64,000 nt of DNA from Planctomycetota bacterium (GTDB lineage: Bacteria > Planctomycetota > B15-G4): assembly GCA_965248575.1 (NCBI GenBank), contig CBDFJQ010000002.1:4000001-4064000 (forward strand). The letters are read 5' to 3'. Positions 49,855-60,485 of this stretch are shown here, piece after piece. Within the stretch, counting starts at the first letter, position 1; every line of letters starts with the position of its first letter. The notes under the pieces were generated by a model, which did not search any database, was not told the DNA's origin, and was given only the letters and a program-made list of their open reading frames with translations. The position numbers and the translations under genes are program-made.

Positions 49855-52800
49855 AAGATGAGTGACCATCCAGACAAGACGTTCTGAGTCCAAAAGTGTG
49901 AGTAAGCCTGCAGTGCCCTGGTCGTTTCGTGATTGGCCTGCAGGACCCGACCGTTGTTGTTGACGTCGAGGTCGATCAGGAACAGGCGTCGCGGGTCGAC
50001 CGTGACGGACGTGAGCTTCGCGGAGGTGCGGTGTTCGAAGTGTTTGTAGCCTCCGATGCCGTCCCAGGTGCTCTCGACCAGACTGCCATCGGCGAAGGTC
50101 GCCCTGATCTCCACAGGCGCTTCGACCGTGCCCAGCTGGCGGACGACGTACTTGCTGAGCCACTCAACGGGTGCTGGCTCGTCCTGAGGATCAGCGGGCG
50201 CCCCTCGGTCGGCATCGGCATCGGCATTGGCAGCCGGGGCCGATGCCAAGGGGTGAGCTGTCGTGAACAAGAAGGACCACAGAGCTTGGAAGGTCGGTTT
50301 CGCCTTGCCGTCGTCTTCTGCCGCGCTGTCCGAAGAGCCGACCCAGGTGATGGGGTCGCCAGGCTTCTGCTGCGAGGTGAATCCTTCCAGGGGATCGACA
50401 CGCAGGGTCTTCACCTCTTCCACCGTCCAGTCCACGGTGCCTGAGGTGCGCAGGAGCTGATTCATCAGCGTGTCGTGCGCGCCCTCGGTGACTTCACTGA
50501 TCACCGCGATGAAGTCATCGCCTGTGGGGTGTTGGAATGCGAAGCGCTGCACGTAGGTGCGCATGATGTCGCGCATCATGGGCTTGCCCACGTGTCGCTC
50601 GAGAGTCTCCAACGACAGGGCCGTCTTGCGATAGACCAGGCCCCCGTAGCCCTTCGTGAACTCTCGTGACGGAGCGGAGAGTGGCCGAGCCGACGCCACT
50701 TTTCGGTAGCTGGACTTCCACCACGCGGGCCGGTTGGCGCTCATGTCCGGCAGTCGTTGACTGCCGACGTTCGGCATCGTGAAGCCCAACAGCGTGGGTT
50801 TCGTCGCGGGTTTGCCAGGAGGGGTGTTGTGGAAGGGGCTCACGGTCCAGCCGATGGCGGACTGCAGTGACAGCGGACTCCTGGAGAAGGGCAACGCCCC
50901 GCGCAGGCCCCCGTTCAGCGTCTTTTGCAGCAAGATCCTGTCGAGAAAGGTGACGGCGTCCGTCTGCCCAGCATTGGTCTCCTGGGCCAGCGGCCAGTGC
51001 TCCTCGACCAGCTCCGTCGTCCCCCAGGTGTTGAGGCCTTCGTCGAGCCAGGCCTCGTCGACTTCGTCGGAGGCGAGGATGCCGTACCAGTACTGGTGGC
51101 CGAACTCGTGGGCCGTCACGCTGACGGGGTCTTCGGTGCCCGTGACCAGGCTGTCCAGGTGGTTGGGGAAGCGCTGGCTGATGGTGAACAGCATGGGATA
51201 TTCCATGCCGCCGCCCTGGCTGTGTGGAAGGCCGTCAATGACGACGCGCGGATAGGGGTAGGGCATCCACCATTCGCCCGCCGTCCGCAAGAACGTCTGC
51301 ATGGCGTCCAACACCTGCTGCGCCTTGGGCACGGCATAAGGTTGGCAGAGGTAGACGATGTCGACTGTCCGACCGGTGATCGGATCCTCGAAGGTGGACT
51401 CGAAGCGCTCAAAGGCCGTGTCGGCACAGAACGCGAAGTCGTGCACATCCTGTGCGACGAAGCGTTGCTTCACCCAGCCCTCGCCGTCCTGCTCGACGGG
51501 GCCAGGCATTCCGGTGGCCTCGAGTACGAGCGCTTCCTCGTCGATGCTCACGGGGTAACGGAAGGTGACGTCGTAGGCTCCGAAGTCTGCAAAGAACTCA
51601 CCGGTGCGATAGAAGGGGCGCTGCTTCCATCCGTCTTCGCCGTGGGCGCAGAACTTGGGAAACCACTGCATGCCATCGATGTGCCGACCCTCTTGGCCCA
51701 TGCGCGCGATGACGTCAGGGAAACGCGTCTCGAAGGCGATGCTGATTTCGATGCGCTCGCCCGGCAGGACGGGCTGAGGCAGGCTCACCTGCATGAGCGT
51801 GTCGCGGATGTTCGTGTCGGTTGCCAGGTCCGTCCCATCGCCGAGCTGGACTGACTGGATGTTCAAGTAGCCGCCGAGGGCTTCGCCTCGGGACCTGACG
51901 TCCTGCTCACTGCCGCCCTGGATCCAGCTGGTGTGCGTATTGCTGAAGGCCGAGGCGTAGAGATGCATCCACAGGTCTTGGACGGGTTCCGAAGTCGTGT
52001 TGATGAAGGTCGCACGGTTCGTGCCGCCAACGGTGCGCGCCTCCACGTCCACGGTGACATCCATCACGTAGGCGTTGTGGTGCGTGGAGAGGCTCACCGT
52101 CTCCGGGGTGGCGCCTTCGGTGTCGGCTGGCTCCTGGGCGCTGAGTGGGCTCGAGAGCCCTGCCACGGCCAGCAGTGCCAGGGCGAAGGCCGTCGCGGAG
52201 CTACCGCTGCCGGGCGACTGTTTGCTCTCTGCAGGCTCGCCAGAGGGCTGTGCGGCATCCGAGACCTCGCTACCCCCTTCAGAGGATTGGGGTCCCCCTG
52301 CCCCTGAACCTTCGCCGCCCGCGGGCGCTTCCGCGCTGGCGGCCGGGGCTGTTGCGGCGGGCGAGTTCGCAGGGGCTGCCACGGCTGGTGTGGCTTCGCT
52401 CGGAGCCACGATCGTCCAAAGGCGGGCATCCACGGCCATGCGATACACGAGCGCTGCCACGAGCACCATCTGCGAGACCTGCATCACGAGCACGAGGTGC
52501 CACTCCAGGCGCAGGCCAGGGATCAACTCGCGCCCGCTCAGGGCAGCCTCCGTGCCCCATTTGTAGATGAAGAACGCGAGCACGAGCGGCCAGAGGGAGA
52601 GCACGCGGCCGAGGCCGATGGATGGCAGGTGGCGCACCACCGACACGAGGGCCTTCAGCCAACTCGCGAGCACGAAGCGCTCGCCAAGCAACACCACCCG
52701 CAGGCGTGCAAAGCGGCCAGCCGTGACGACGATGCCTACCAGCGCCAGCATGAAGAGCGACTTCAGCGTCATGCTCCAACCGAGAACGCTGGCACCGCTG

Positions 52801-53282
52801 CTGTTGTCGTCCCCGATGAGTGCAGATGTGACCCAGCTCGACAAGTGATCGTTGAACCAGCTCAGTGCCCACCAGCCCACGAGGGAGAGGCCCAGCAACC
52901 AGACGAAGCGATGACCGAAGCGCGCGCAGCTCGAGAAGAAGCCGTCGAAGCGCTGTTTGTCGGCCACGCGGGCGAGGACCCCGGCAGACAGGATCGTCCA
53001 GAGCACGATCCAGGCGAAGATGTTCTCCCGCACCAACGAGGCGGATTGCCCCACCGGGTCATCTGTCGAGTCCCAGAAGTCCACGAACGCCTCGTTGTCG
53101 AAGGCTTGCAGCAAGCCCTGTGACATGGGGCTGTGGTCAAAGGTGGCGGCGATCTCCGAACGCACGGGCGTCGACATGAGCCAGGCCATGGAGGCCGTCA
53201 CTGCCCAAAGGATGAGGATCAGGCGCCAGCAGGCGAGCGTGGTGCCTACGGCACCGACCAAGGCGGCAAAAACGGTTTTCAT
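49851..53282 (-). CDS. Fusion of a polytopic membrane domain and an M1 family aminopeptidase
   Basis: GGMEYP, HEFGHQYW...WLDEG; N-terminal ~290 aa with multiple TM helices. Confidence 0.88.
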   Translation of the reverse strand: MKTVFAALVGAVGTTLACWRLILILWAVTASMAWLMSTPVRSEIAATFDHSPMSQGLLQAFDNEAFVDFWDSTDDPVGQSASLVRENIFAWIVLWTILSAGVLARVADKQRFDGFFSSCARFGHRFVWLLGLSLVGWWALSWFNDHLSSWVTSALIGDDNSSGASVLGWSMTLKSLFMLALVGIVVTAGRFARLRVVLLGERFVLASWLKALVSVVRHLPSIGLGRVLSLWPLVLAFFIYKWGTEAALSGRELIPGLRLEWHLVLVMQVSQMVLVAALVYRMAVDARLWTIVAPSEATPAVAAPANSPAATAPAASAEAPAGGEGSGAGGPQSSEGGSEVSDAAQPSGEPAESKQSPGSGSSATAFALALLAVAGLSSPLSAQEPADTEGATPETVSLSTHHNAYVMDVTVDVEARTVGGTNRATFINTTSEPVQDLWMHLYASAFSNTHTSWIQGGSEQDVRSRGEALGGYLNIQSVQLGDGTDLATDTNIRDTLMQVSLPQPVLPGERIEISIAFETRFPDVIARMGQEGRHIDGMQWFPKFCAHGEDGWKQRPFYRTGEFFADFGAYDVTFRYPVSIDEEALVLEATGMPGPVEQDGEGWVKQRFVAQDVHDFAFCADTAFERFESTFEDPITGRTVDIVYLCQPYAVPKAQQVLDAMQTFLRTAGEWWMPYPYPRVVIDGLPHSQGGGMEYPMLFTISQRFPNHLDSLVTGTEDPVSVTAHEFGHQYWYGILASDEVDEAWLDEGLNTWGTTELVEEHWPLAQETNAGQTDAVTFLDRILLQKTLNGGLRGALPFSRSPLSLQSAIGWTVSPFHNTPPGKPATKPTLLGFTMPNVGSQRLPDMSANRPAWWKSSYRKVASARPLSAPSREFTKGYGGLVYRKTALSLETLERHVGKPMMRDIMRTYVQRFAFQHPTGDDFIAVISEVTEGAHDTLMNQLLRTSGTVDWTVEEVKTLRVDPLEGFTSQQKPGDPITWVGSSDSAAEDDGKAKPTFQALWSFLFTTAHPLASAPAANADADADRGAPADPQDEPAPVEWLSKYVVRQLGTVEAPVEIRATFADGSLVESTWDGIGGYKHFEHRTSAKLTSVTVDPRRLFLIDLDVNNNGRVLQANHETTRALQAYSHFWTQNVLSGWSLIF

Positions 53283-53953
53283 CGGGAGGTGTCCTTGCCA
53301 TCGGCGAGCGACAGGCTGAAATCGGCGAGCGAGGGGATCAGTTCGGTCAGGCGCTGCTGGTGTCGTGGCTCTTCCAGCAGCGAGAGAAGAGTCTGGATGC
53401 GTCCTTCGATGGAGAAAGCCTGCATCATTTCGATCCTGCGAGAGGAGGGCAGGCGCAGGGAGCTGGCGATGCGATCGGCCAGGGTCCCTACATCAAATTG
53501 TGCGGTGACGTCGAAGCGCAGCGGGCATGCAGAGCGTTCTGCGATCCCCTGCAGCAAGCGACGCCGGTGGCGGTAGTCGACCGCGGGGTGGCGATCCTCG
53601 GGGCGCGACTGGAGTTCGAAGCGGATCAGTCGAAAGGGCGCGCTCGGCAGCTCGCTGAGGATCCTGCCTCGCCCCGTCCCGTGCAGCACGATGTCTGAGG
53701 TTCCATCCGGGTTGAGTTCGTCGCGCACCAGCCGGCCGAGGCCCACGATACGTGAGATGCAGGGGCGGCCTTCTCCGTCGCACCCGTGCTCGGGCAGAAG
53801 GGTTCCGATGGCGATCAGGTGGCCGCCTCGACGCACCTCATCCATCATCGCGCGGTAGCGTGGCTCGAAGATGTGCAGCGGCAAGAGTTCGCCAGGAAGG
53901 ATGGCGCCCCGCGGGAGGGGGAAGACAGGGGCTTCATCCGACGGAGTAGGCAC
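53279..53953 (-). CDS. LON peptidase substrate-binding domain protein (stand-alone)
   Basis: PVFPL...LPGELLPLHIFEPRYRAM. Confidence 0.9.
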   Translation of the reverse strand: MPTPSDEAPVFPLPRGAILPGELLPLHIFEPRYRAMMDEVRRGGHLIAIGTLLPEHGCDGEGRPCISRIVGLGRLVRDELNPDGTSDIVLHGTGRGRILSELPSAPFRLIRFELQSRPEDRHPAVDYRHRRRLLQGIAERSACPLRFDVTAQFDVGTLADRIASSLRLPSSRRIEMMQAFSIEGRIQTLLSLLEEPRHQQRLTELIPSLADFSLSLADGKDTSR

Positions 53954-54065
53954 GCTGCCACGATAGCAGTCTTGGGCTTCTCGCCGCAGCAGGGTGGGGC
54001 GACGGGAGTACGTGTCGTGCGAGGCGACGCCGAGATGTCACGACTCCGCCTTGCCGGTCCTCGCG

Positions 54066-54752
54066 CTAGACCCCGCGCTGCTTGCAGTCCACCGCGAGAT
54101 AGCACTCGTCACACTTTGCTTTCCGTGCGCTGCACAGTGTGCGCCCGAGGCCGATCAGGCGGTGGCTGAAGGCGATCCAATGATCTTGGGGGATGAGCTG
54201 CATCAGGTCTCGTTCCACCTTGACAGGATCCGTCTCGCGTGTAAGCCCCAGCCGGCCTGAGGTGCGCTTGACGTGGGTGTCGACCACGACCCCCTCGGCC
54301 AAGCCAAAGCACTCGCCCCGAACGACATTGGCCGTCTTCCGTGCAACGCCTGCCAGCTTCAGCAGGGAGTCCATCTCGCGTGGGACCTCTCGCTCGTGGT
54401 CGGACACGAGTTGGCCAGCCATGGCGATCAGGTTCTTGGCCTTGTTGCGGAAGAAACCGGTGCTGTGGATGACCTCCTCCACGTCCGCCTGCTCAGCCTG
54501 ACTCAACTCCAGCGGTGTCGACCAACGGGTGAAGAGCGCGGGGGTCACCATGTTCACGCGGACGTCCGTGCACTGCGCCGAGAGGATGGTGGCAGCCAGC
54601 AGCTCGAACGCGTTGGCGTGGTCCAGGGCGCACTTGGGGTTCGGGTCGCGTGCAGCCAGGGCGTCCACGATGCGTGTGATGCGCTCACGTTCGGTGGGCC
54701 CCGGGCGGCGGCGACCGCTGCGCGAACGCTTGGGCCCGCTGGATGCGTTCAC
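54066..54752 (-). CDS. nth: Endonuclease III
   Basis: LSAQCTDVRVN, GVARKTANVV, VDTHV, [4Fe-4S] CxxxxxxCxxCxxxxxC. Confidence 0.96.
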   Translation of the reverse strand: MNASSGPKRSRSGRRRPGPTERERITRIVDALAARDPNPKCALDHANAFELLAATILSAQCTDVRVNMVTPALFTRWSTPLELSQAEQADVEEVIHSTGFFRNKAKNLIAMAGQLVSDHEREVPREMDSLLKLAGVARKTANVVRGECFGLAEGVVVDTHVKRTSGRLGLTRETDPVKVERDLMQLIPQDHWIAFSHRLIGLGRTLCSARKAKCDECYLAVDCKQRGV

Positions 54753-55357
54753 GCCGCACCGCTAGCGAGGACGGCTTGGAGGACGCGCAGGTCCTGCGAC
54801 ATCTCGGGATGGAAGGTGGCGGCCCAGATCGAGCCATGCCTCACCAGCACCGGGCGGTCGTCGTGGGACAGGACGGTTTGGACGCCGTGACCAACCTTGC
54901 AGATGACAGGCGCACGGATGAACACGGCCTCAAGTGGCGCGTCCTGCCCTGCGCCCGCCGCGCCATCAGGTGCATCGCCGGCCAGGGTGCAGGCGTCGAG
55001 GTGCGTGATGAAGGAGTCGCGCTGACGCCCATAGCCGTTGCGCTCGACCTCGATGTCCAGGACAGCGAGCGAGGTCTGGTCCGGGTGCGTCACCCGGCTG
55101 GCCAGCAGGATGGCTCCCGCACATGTGCCCAGCACGGGGCGGCCCGAGAGACAGGCAGCCCTCAGTGGTTCGAAGAGCCCCTCTTCCTGCAAGAGCTTGA
55201 GCATCGTGCTCGACTCCCCGCCCGGAAGCAGGAGAGCTTCGGCGTCGTCCAGGTCGCTGGCCGTCTTGATGGAGAGTGGCACATGACCCAGGGCTTCGAC
55301 CGATCGTGCGTGCGCTGCGAAGTTGCCCTGCAGAGCGAGAATCCCGACGGTGGCCAC
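54749..55357 (-). CDS. pdxT: Pyridoxal 5'-phosphate synthase glutaminase subunit
   Basis: LALQG, PGGESST, GTCAGAILL, RNGYGRQRDSF, FIRAP, FHPE; GTG start overlapping the pdxS TAG. Confidence 0.95.
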   Translation of the reverse strand: MATVGILALQGNFAAHARSVEALGHVPLSIKTASDLDDAEALLLPGGESSTMLKLLQEEGLFEPLRAACLSGRPVLGTCAGAILLASRVTHPDQTSLAVLDIEVERNGYGRQRDSFITHLDACTLAGDAPDGAAGAGQDAPLEAVFIRAPVICKVGHGVQTVLSHDDRPVLVRHGSIWAATFHPEMSQDLRVLQAVLASGAA

Positions 55358-56247
55358 TACCAGCCGCGCGTCTGGAGCATCTCGCTCGGGTCCAGCTTGT
55401 CCATGTCCAGTCCGACCATGGCTGCTGAGGAGACCATGCGGCTGGCCTCGAGCACCAGGGCCGGGTCGTTCCAATGGGTCGTCGCCTTGACGATCGCGGC
55501 TGCGAAGGTCGGCGGGTCCTGGCTCTTGAAGATCCCGGAGCCGACGAACACGGCTTCGGCACCGAGCGACATCATGAGCGCAGCATCGGCGGGCGTGGCG
55601 ACGCCGCCTGCGGCGAAGTTCGGTACGGGCAACTTGCCCGACTTGGCCACGATGCGCACAAGCTCGTACGGAGCGCCGAGATCCTTGGCGGCGGTCATGA
55701 GCTCTTCTTCACCCATGAGCTTGAGTTCGCGCATGTCCTTCATGACCTGCCGCATGTGGCGCACGGCTTCGACGATGTTGCCCGAGCCCGCTTCACCCTT
55801 GGTGCGGATCATGGCGGCGCCTTCACCGACGCGGCGCAAGGCCTCCCCGACGTTACGGCAGCCGCACACGAAGGGCACATCGAAGGCGTGCTTGTCGATG
55901 TGGAACTTGTCGTCTGCGGGGGTCAGGACTTCGGATTCGTCGATGTAGTCGACGCCCAGGCTCTGGAGTACCTGCGCCTCGGCGAAGTGGCCGATGCGGG
56001 CCTTGGCCATGACCGGGATCGACACCGTGTTCATGATCGACTCGATGATGTCGATGCGCGCCATGCGTGCGACGCCGCCGTCCTTGCGGATGTCGCTCGG
56101 CACCCGTTCGAGGGCCATCACGGCACAGGCGCCGGATTCCTCGGCGATCTTGGCCTGCTCAACGGTGGTGACATCCATGATCACTCCACCCTTGAGCATC
56201 TCGGCGAGGCCGGTCTTCAGGCGGAGCGGGGTCTGTGCTTCGGTCAA
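55357..56247 (-). CDS. pdxS: Pyridoxal 5'-phosphate synthase lyase subunit
   Basis: [44 protein letters not shown] start with AGGAG SD. Confidence 0.97.
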   Translation of the reverse strand: MTEAQTPLRLKTGLAEMLKGGVIMDVTTVEQAKIAEESGACAVMALERVPSDIRKDGGVARMARIDIIESIMNTVSIPVMAKARIGHFAEAQVLQSLGVDYIDESEVLTPADDKFHIDKHAFDVPFVCGCRNVGEALRRVGEGAAMIRTKGEAGSGNIVEAVRHMRQVMKDMRELKLMGEEELMTAAKDLGAPYELVRIVAKSGKLPVPNFAAGGVATPADAALMMSLGAEAVFVGSGIFKSQDPPTFAAAIVKATTHWNDPALVLEASRMVSSAAMVGLDMDKLDPSEMLQTRGW

Positions 56248-56604
56248 CGTCGTTCTCCTGGTGGCGGCCTCAACTGCCTTCATGGCTCGTCGTGAGGGCG
56301 CGGCGTGCGGTGGCGACGGTCCTGCTGGAGAGGCCCGTGCGAATTCCGAGGCATGGTAACGCACGCCTCAAGGCCGCTGAAAGGTAGGAGCGTGCGGACT
56401 TGAGGCGGACGGGGGGGGGCCGGGTGCACAGGTGTCGGCGTGCTGTTCGAATTCCCTATGGGAAAAGGCCTTCGTGACTCGCTGAGCTCCTCGGCAGCCT
56501 CCACGCGATGCGAGCGCCGGGGGGCGCCGTCATCCCGTCGGGCAGGGCAGAGCGGGGCGCCGTCCCGGCATCCTCGGCGGGCCACCTTGTGGAGGAACCA
56601 TTCC

Positions 56605-57237
56605 ATGTCTCATTCCGTTGGCTTGCTGGCAGCGACCGCTCCGGTGCCACCAGGACTGTGCGAAGCCGTTCAGGGGCACATTTGTCACATGGCAGCCGAT
56701 GTCCCACTCAGCGTTGCGGCCACGGCCGTCGCCCGGCACGTCCGGGAGTGCACCCGATGCGATGAGTTCGTCGACGAGCTGGGGAGGCTGCGTCGATGGC
56801 TCGAGGCGGCGCGCTCTCCTCGTCAGCAGCTCGAGCAGCGGGGCCTCGGCACGGCCGCCGGGGAGCGGCACTTCGAGCGCTGTGCACGCAGGGCCCTGGC
56901 GCGGGAACTGCTGGCCAGGTTGGCACGGGACCTGCTCGCCTTGGGACGTGGGCAGACCTGCCGCCCGTTGGAGGCGCGGGCGAAGGACGTCGGGCGTCTG
57001 GCCACGCTGATCGTCGCCCTGGGCGACGCTCCCGGCGGCACGCCCGAGGAGGCGGCAGCCGTTCAGTTGGCTCTTTCCGAGGCGCCCTTGGCTCCGGAGG
57101 TGGCGCTCAAGGCGGCGTTCCTGTTGGACCCGCTCGGCTTGGACATCGCTTTGGCCCTTCTCAGTTGCCTCGAGCGCCTGGGCCAGAGCGTCTACGCGCA
57201 TCAGCTCACGGATCAGATGTTGGCCCGGCTCGCGTAG
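56605..57237 (+). CDS. Hypothetical protein with zf-HC2 (anti-sigma-type) zinc motif
   Basis: GGAGG SD; C...HVRECTRC (HxxxCxxC); helical C-terminus. Confidence 0.6.
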   Translation: MSHSVGLLAATAPVPPGLCEAVQGHICHMAADVPLSVAATAVARHVRECTRCDEFVDELGRLRRWLEAARSPRQQLEQRGLGTAAGERHFERCARRALARELLARLARDLLALGRGQTCRPLEARAKDVGRLATLIVALGDAPGGTPEEAAAVQLALSEAPLAPEVALKAAFLLDPLGLDIALALLSCLERLGQSVYAHQLTDQMLARLA

Positions 57238-57282
57238 ACTCTGCGGCCTGCCTTGAGCGCAGCCCTGGAGCCGTAGTCCCCC

Positions 57283-58362
57283 GTGACCAGCGAGATCGAC
57301 CGATACGACTACGAGCATCCGCTCGCGTCCATCGCCCAAGAACCGCCGGAAGCCCGTGACGGCGGGAGACTGCTGCACGTCGTGCGCCATGACGGTGGGC
57401 CACCCGTGGACCGGCTCGCGCTGGACCTTCCGCAACTGTTGAAGCCCGGCGACCTGCTGGTGTTGAACGAGGTTCGCGTGATGCCCGCCAGGCTCGTGGC
57501 CTATCGCAGCACGGGTGGCAGGGTGTCGGTGCTCGTGCTAGAGGCCGAGGGGGCGCGAGCAACCGTCCTGCTCGGAGCGCGGGGCCGCTGCTTGCCCGGG
57601 GAGATCCTGGACGTCGGAGGATTCCGTTGGCGCATCGTGGAGTCCCAGGGCGGCGGGCACTTCGTGGTGGAGAGTGTCGGTGGTGAAGAGGTGCTGTCAC
57701 TCGTGGGCGAGCAAGGCAGGATGCCCTTGCCGCCCTACATCCGACGGGAGCCCGAGCGGGACGCTCGTGACGCGGCCGATCGGGAGCGCTACCAGACGGT
57801 CTTCGCAAGGGGGGAGCGCGCCACGGCTGTGGCAGCTCCCACGGCGGGTCTACACTTCACTCCTGAGCTCCTGGCCGCGGTGGAGCAGCGTGGCGTGCGA
57901 CGGGCCACCATCCGTCTCGATGTGGGTGAGGGCACCTTCCGACCGGTCCGCGCGGAGCGTCTCGACGACCACGAGATGCACGTGGAGACCTATCATGTTC
58001 CGGAGCAGACGGCGCGGGCATGGAGGGAGACCCGGGAGGCTGGTGGTCGGGTGGTGGCGGTGGGGACGACCGTGGTCAGGACGCTCGAGTCGGCGGTCTC
58101 ATCCGATGGGCTGAGCCTGTCGCCTGGCCCGGGAAGCACACAGCTCTTCCTGCGCGAGGGGCATCGCTTCCAAGCCGTGGATGCCCTGCTGACGAACTTC
58201 CATCAGCCCCGCTCCACCCTGCTCGTGCTGGTCAGCGCCTTTGGTGGCCATGGACCCGTGATGCGCGCGTACCAGCACGCCGTTGCTGCTGGCTACCGAC
58301 TCTTCTCCTACGGCGACGCCATGTTCCTGGACCAATCCAGCGCGATAGAGTGTCGGCCATGA
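57283..58362 (+). CDS. queA: tRNA preQ1 S-adenosylmethionine ribosyltransferase-isomerase
   Basis: IAQEP, MPLPPYI, YQTVFA, AAPTAGLHFT, AVGTT, TNFH.PRSTL, FSYGDAM. Confidence 0.96.
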   Translation: MTSEIDRYDYEHPLASIAQEPPEARDGGRLLHVVRHDGGPPVDRLALDLPQLLKPGDLLVLNEVRVMPARLVAYRSTGGRVSVLVLEAEGARATVLLGARGRCLPGEILDVGGFRWRIVESQGGGHFVVESVGGEEVLSLVGEQGRMPLPPYIRREPERDARDAADRERYQTVFARGERATAVAAPTAGLHFTPELLAAVEQRGVRRATIRLDVGEGTFRPVRAERLDDHEMHVETYHVPEQTARAWRETREAGGRVVAVGTTVVRTLESAVSSDGLSLSPGPGSTQLFLREGHRFQAVDALLTNFHQPRSTLLVLVSAFGGHGPVMRAYQHAVAAGYRLFSYGDAMFLDQSSAIECRP

Positions 58363-60401
58363 CTGCTCCCAATGAGGATTCGGCGAGGGCTGCCAAGGCC
58401 GCTGCCAGGCGCCATGCCGAGCTGGCGAAGGACATCCGGCGCCACGACGAGCTCTACTACACCCAGCAGGCCCCCTCCATCTCCGACTCCGAGTACGACG
58501 CCCTGTTGCGGGAGTTGGTGCAGCTGGAGGCCGAGCACCCCGACCTGATCACGGCCGACTCGCCGTCGCAACGCGTTTCTGGCCAGCCGGTGGAGAGCTT
58601 GCATTCGGTCGCGCACCGGAAGCCCATGCTGTCGCTCTCGAACACCTACAGCCGGGAAGAGGTGGTGGAGTGGTTTGGCAGCGTCGAGGACTTCCTGGGC
58701 GAGAGCGCCAAGGACTGCGTCTTCCACATCGAACCCAAGCTCGACGGCGTCGCCGCGGAGCTCGTCTATGAAGAGGGAGAGCTCGTGCGGGCGATCACCC
58801 GCGGGGATGGGAAGGTCGGCGATGACGTGACGCACACGGTGCGCACCATCCGTGACATCCCCAGCCGTCTTGTGGCTTCCAAACCGCCGGCTCTCTTGGA
58901 GGTGCGGGGCGAAGTCGTCATGACCCACGCGAACTTCCGGATGGTCAATCGTGCGCGGGATGAGGAGGGCGAGGACCGCTTCGTGAATCCGCGCAATCTC
59001 GCGTCAGGCACCCTGAAGATGTTGGACCCACGGCTCGCGGCCCAACGGCCCCTGGACTTCATGGCCTATGGCCTCGGTGAGGTGGAGGGCCTGGACACAG
59101 ACGGGCATGGCGAGATGCTGGAGGCCCTGGAATCCCTGGGGCTGCGCACGGTAAGGCCCCTGGCAGTGCGCGGGTCCTTGGCAGCGGTGATGGACCATCA
59201 CGACGCGTTGTTGCGCAAGCGGGCGGACTTGCCCTTCGATGTGGACGGCTCGGTCATCAAGGTCGATACGCACGCGCTGCAACAGCGTCTGGGGGAGCGG
59301 AGCCGGTCTCCGCGCTGGGCCATCGCGTTCAAGTTTCCGGCACAGACGGCGACGGCCATCGTGCGGGAAATCCTGGTGCAGGTCGGTCGGACGGGAGCCA
59401 TCACCCCCAAGGCGGTGATCGAACCCACCTATGTGGGGGGCGTGACCATCGAGCACGTCACGCTCCACAACAAGGACGAGATCGACCGTCTGGGCGTGAA
59501 GGTGGGCGACCGGGTGCTGGTGGAGCGTGCTGGCGACGTGATCCCCAAGATCCTCGCGCTGACGGAAGACGGAGGCGGGACGGCTTTCCGCATGCCCGAG
59601 CGCTGCCCAGCCTGCGACACGGATGTAGTCGACGACGAGCAGGAAGTCGTGGTGCGCTGTCCGAATCGCACGTGCCCGGCAGTCCTCGCACGTCGCATCG
59701 AGCATTTCGTGTCACGGACCGCCCTGGACGTGGACGGCATGGGCAGCAAGCTCGTGGCGCAACTCGTGGACGACGGCCTGGTCGAGGGTTTGGCTGACCT
59801 CTACGACCTGACCCATGAGCAGCTGGCCGCTCTGCCGCGCATGGGCGAACTCTCGGCGAAGAACGTCGTCGCCGGCTTGGAGGCCAGCAAGCTACGTCCC
59901 TTCGCGCGGGTCCTGTTCGGGCTCGGCATCCGCCACGTCGGCCGCCACGTCGCCGAGGTGATCGCCGCACGCTGGCAGGGATTCCCGGAACTTCGGGCCG
60001 CCCAGTCCGAACAGCTCGAGGATGTGAACGAGATCGGCCCGACGGTGGCAGGGAGCCTGATCGCCTGGCTGGGCGATTCCTGGGAGCAGGGTCAGGTGGA
60101 CCGCATGCTCGCTGCTGGGCTGTCGCCCAAGGCTGCCGAGCCGGTCGTGGTGGGGGATGGGCCGCTCAGCGGGCGGAGCTTCCTGTTCACAGGCAAGCTC
60201 GTGGACATGAGCCGACGTGAGGCCAACGAGATGGTCAAGGCTGCGGGCGGGCGGCTGGTCTCCGGCGTCAGCAAGAACCTGGATGTGCTCGTGGTCGGGG
60301 AGAAGCCCGGGAGCAAGCTCAAGAAAGCCGAGGCCCTCGGCATCGAGGTAATGGACGAGCAGGCCTTCCTCAAAATGGTGCGTGAATCGACCTCGCAGTA
60401 G
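58359..60401 (+). CDS. ligA: NAD-dependent DNA ligase
   Basis: PMLSL.N, KLDG, TRGDG, EVRGE, NPRN.A.G, PRWAIAFKF, zinc finger, BRCT domain; ATG at 58359. Confidence 0.97.
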   Translation: MTAPNEDSARAAKAAARRHAELAKDIRRHDELYYTQQAPSISDSEYDALLRELVQLEAEHPDLITADSPSQRVSGQPVESLHSVAHRKPMLSLSNTYSREEVVEWFGSVEDFLGESAKDCVFHIEPKLDGVAAELVYEEGELVRAITRGDGKVGDDVTHTVRTIRDIPSRLVASKPPALLEVRGEVVMTHANFRMVNRARDEEGEDRFVNPRNLASGTLKMLDPRLAAQRPLDFMAYGLGEVEGLDTDGHGEMLEALESLGLRTVRPLAVRGSLAAVMDHHDALLRKRADLPFDVDGSVIKVDTHALQQRLGERSRSPRWAIAFKFPAQTATAIVREILVQVGRTGAITPKAVIEPTYVGGVTIEHVTLHNKDEIDRLGVKVGDRVLVERAGDVIPKILALTEDGGGTAFRMPERCPACDTDVVDDEQEVVVRCPNRTCPAVLARRIEHFVSRTALDVDGMGSKLVAQLVDDGLVEGLADLYDLTHEQLAALPRMGELSAKNVVAGLEASKLRPFARVLFGLGIRHVGRHVAEVIAARWQGFPELRAAQSEQLEDVNEIGPTVAGSLIAWLGDSWEQGQVDRMLAAGLSPKAAEPVVVGDGPLSGRSFLFTGKLVDMSRREANEMVKAAGGRLVSGVSKNLDVLVVGEKPGSKLKKAEALGIEVMDEQAFLKMVRESTSQ

Positions 60402-60485
60402 CTTGAGCGGGCCAGGGGGGCGACTGGCGTCCTTGCACATATCGGCCTAGACTCAAGGGTTCCAAATTCTTCCTCTGGAGCGCCT

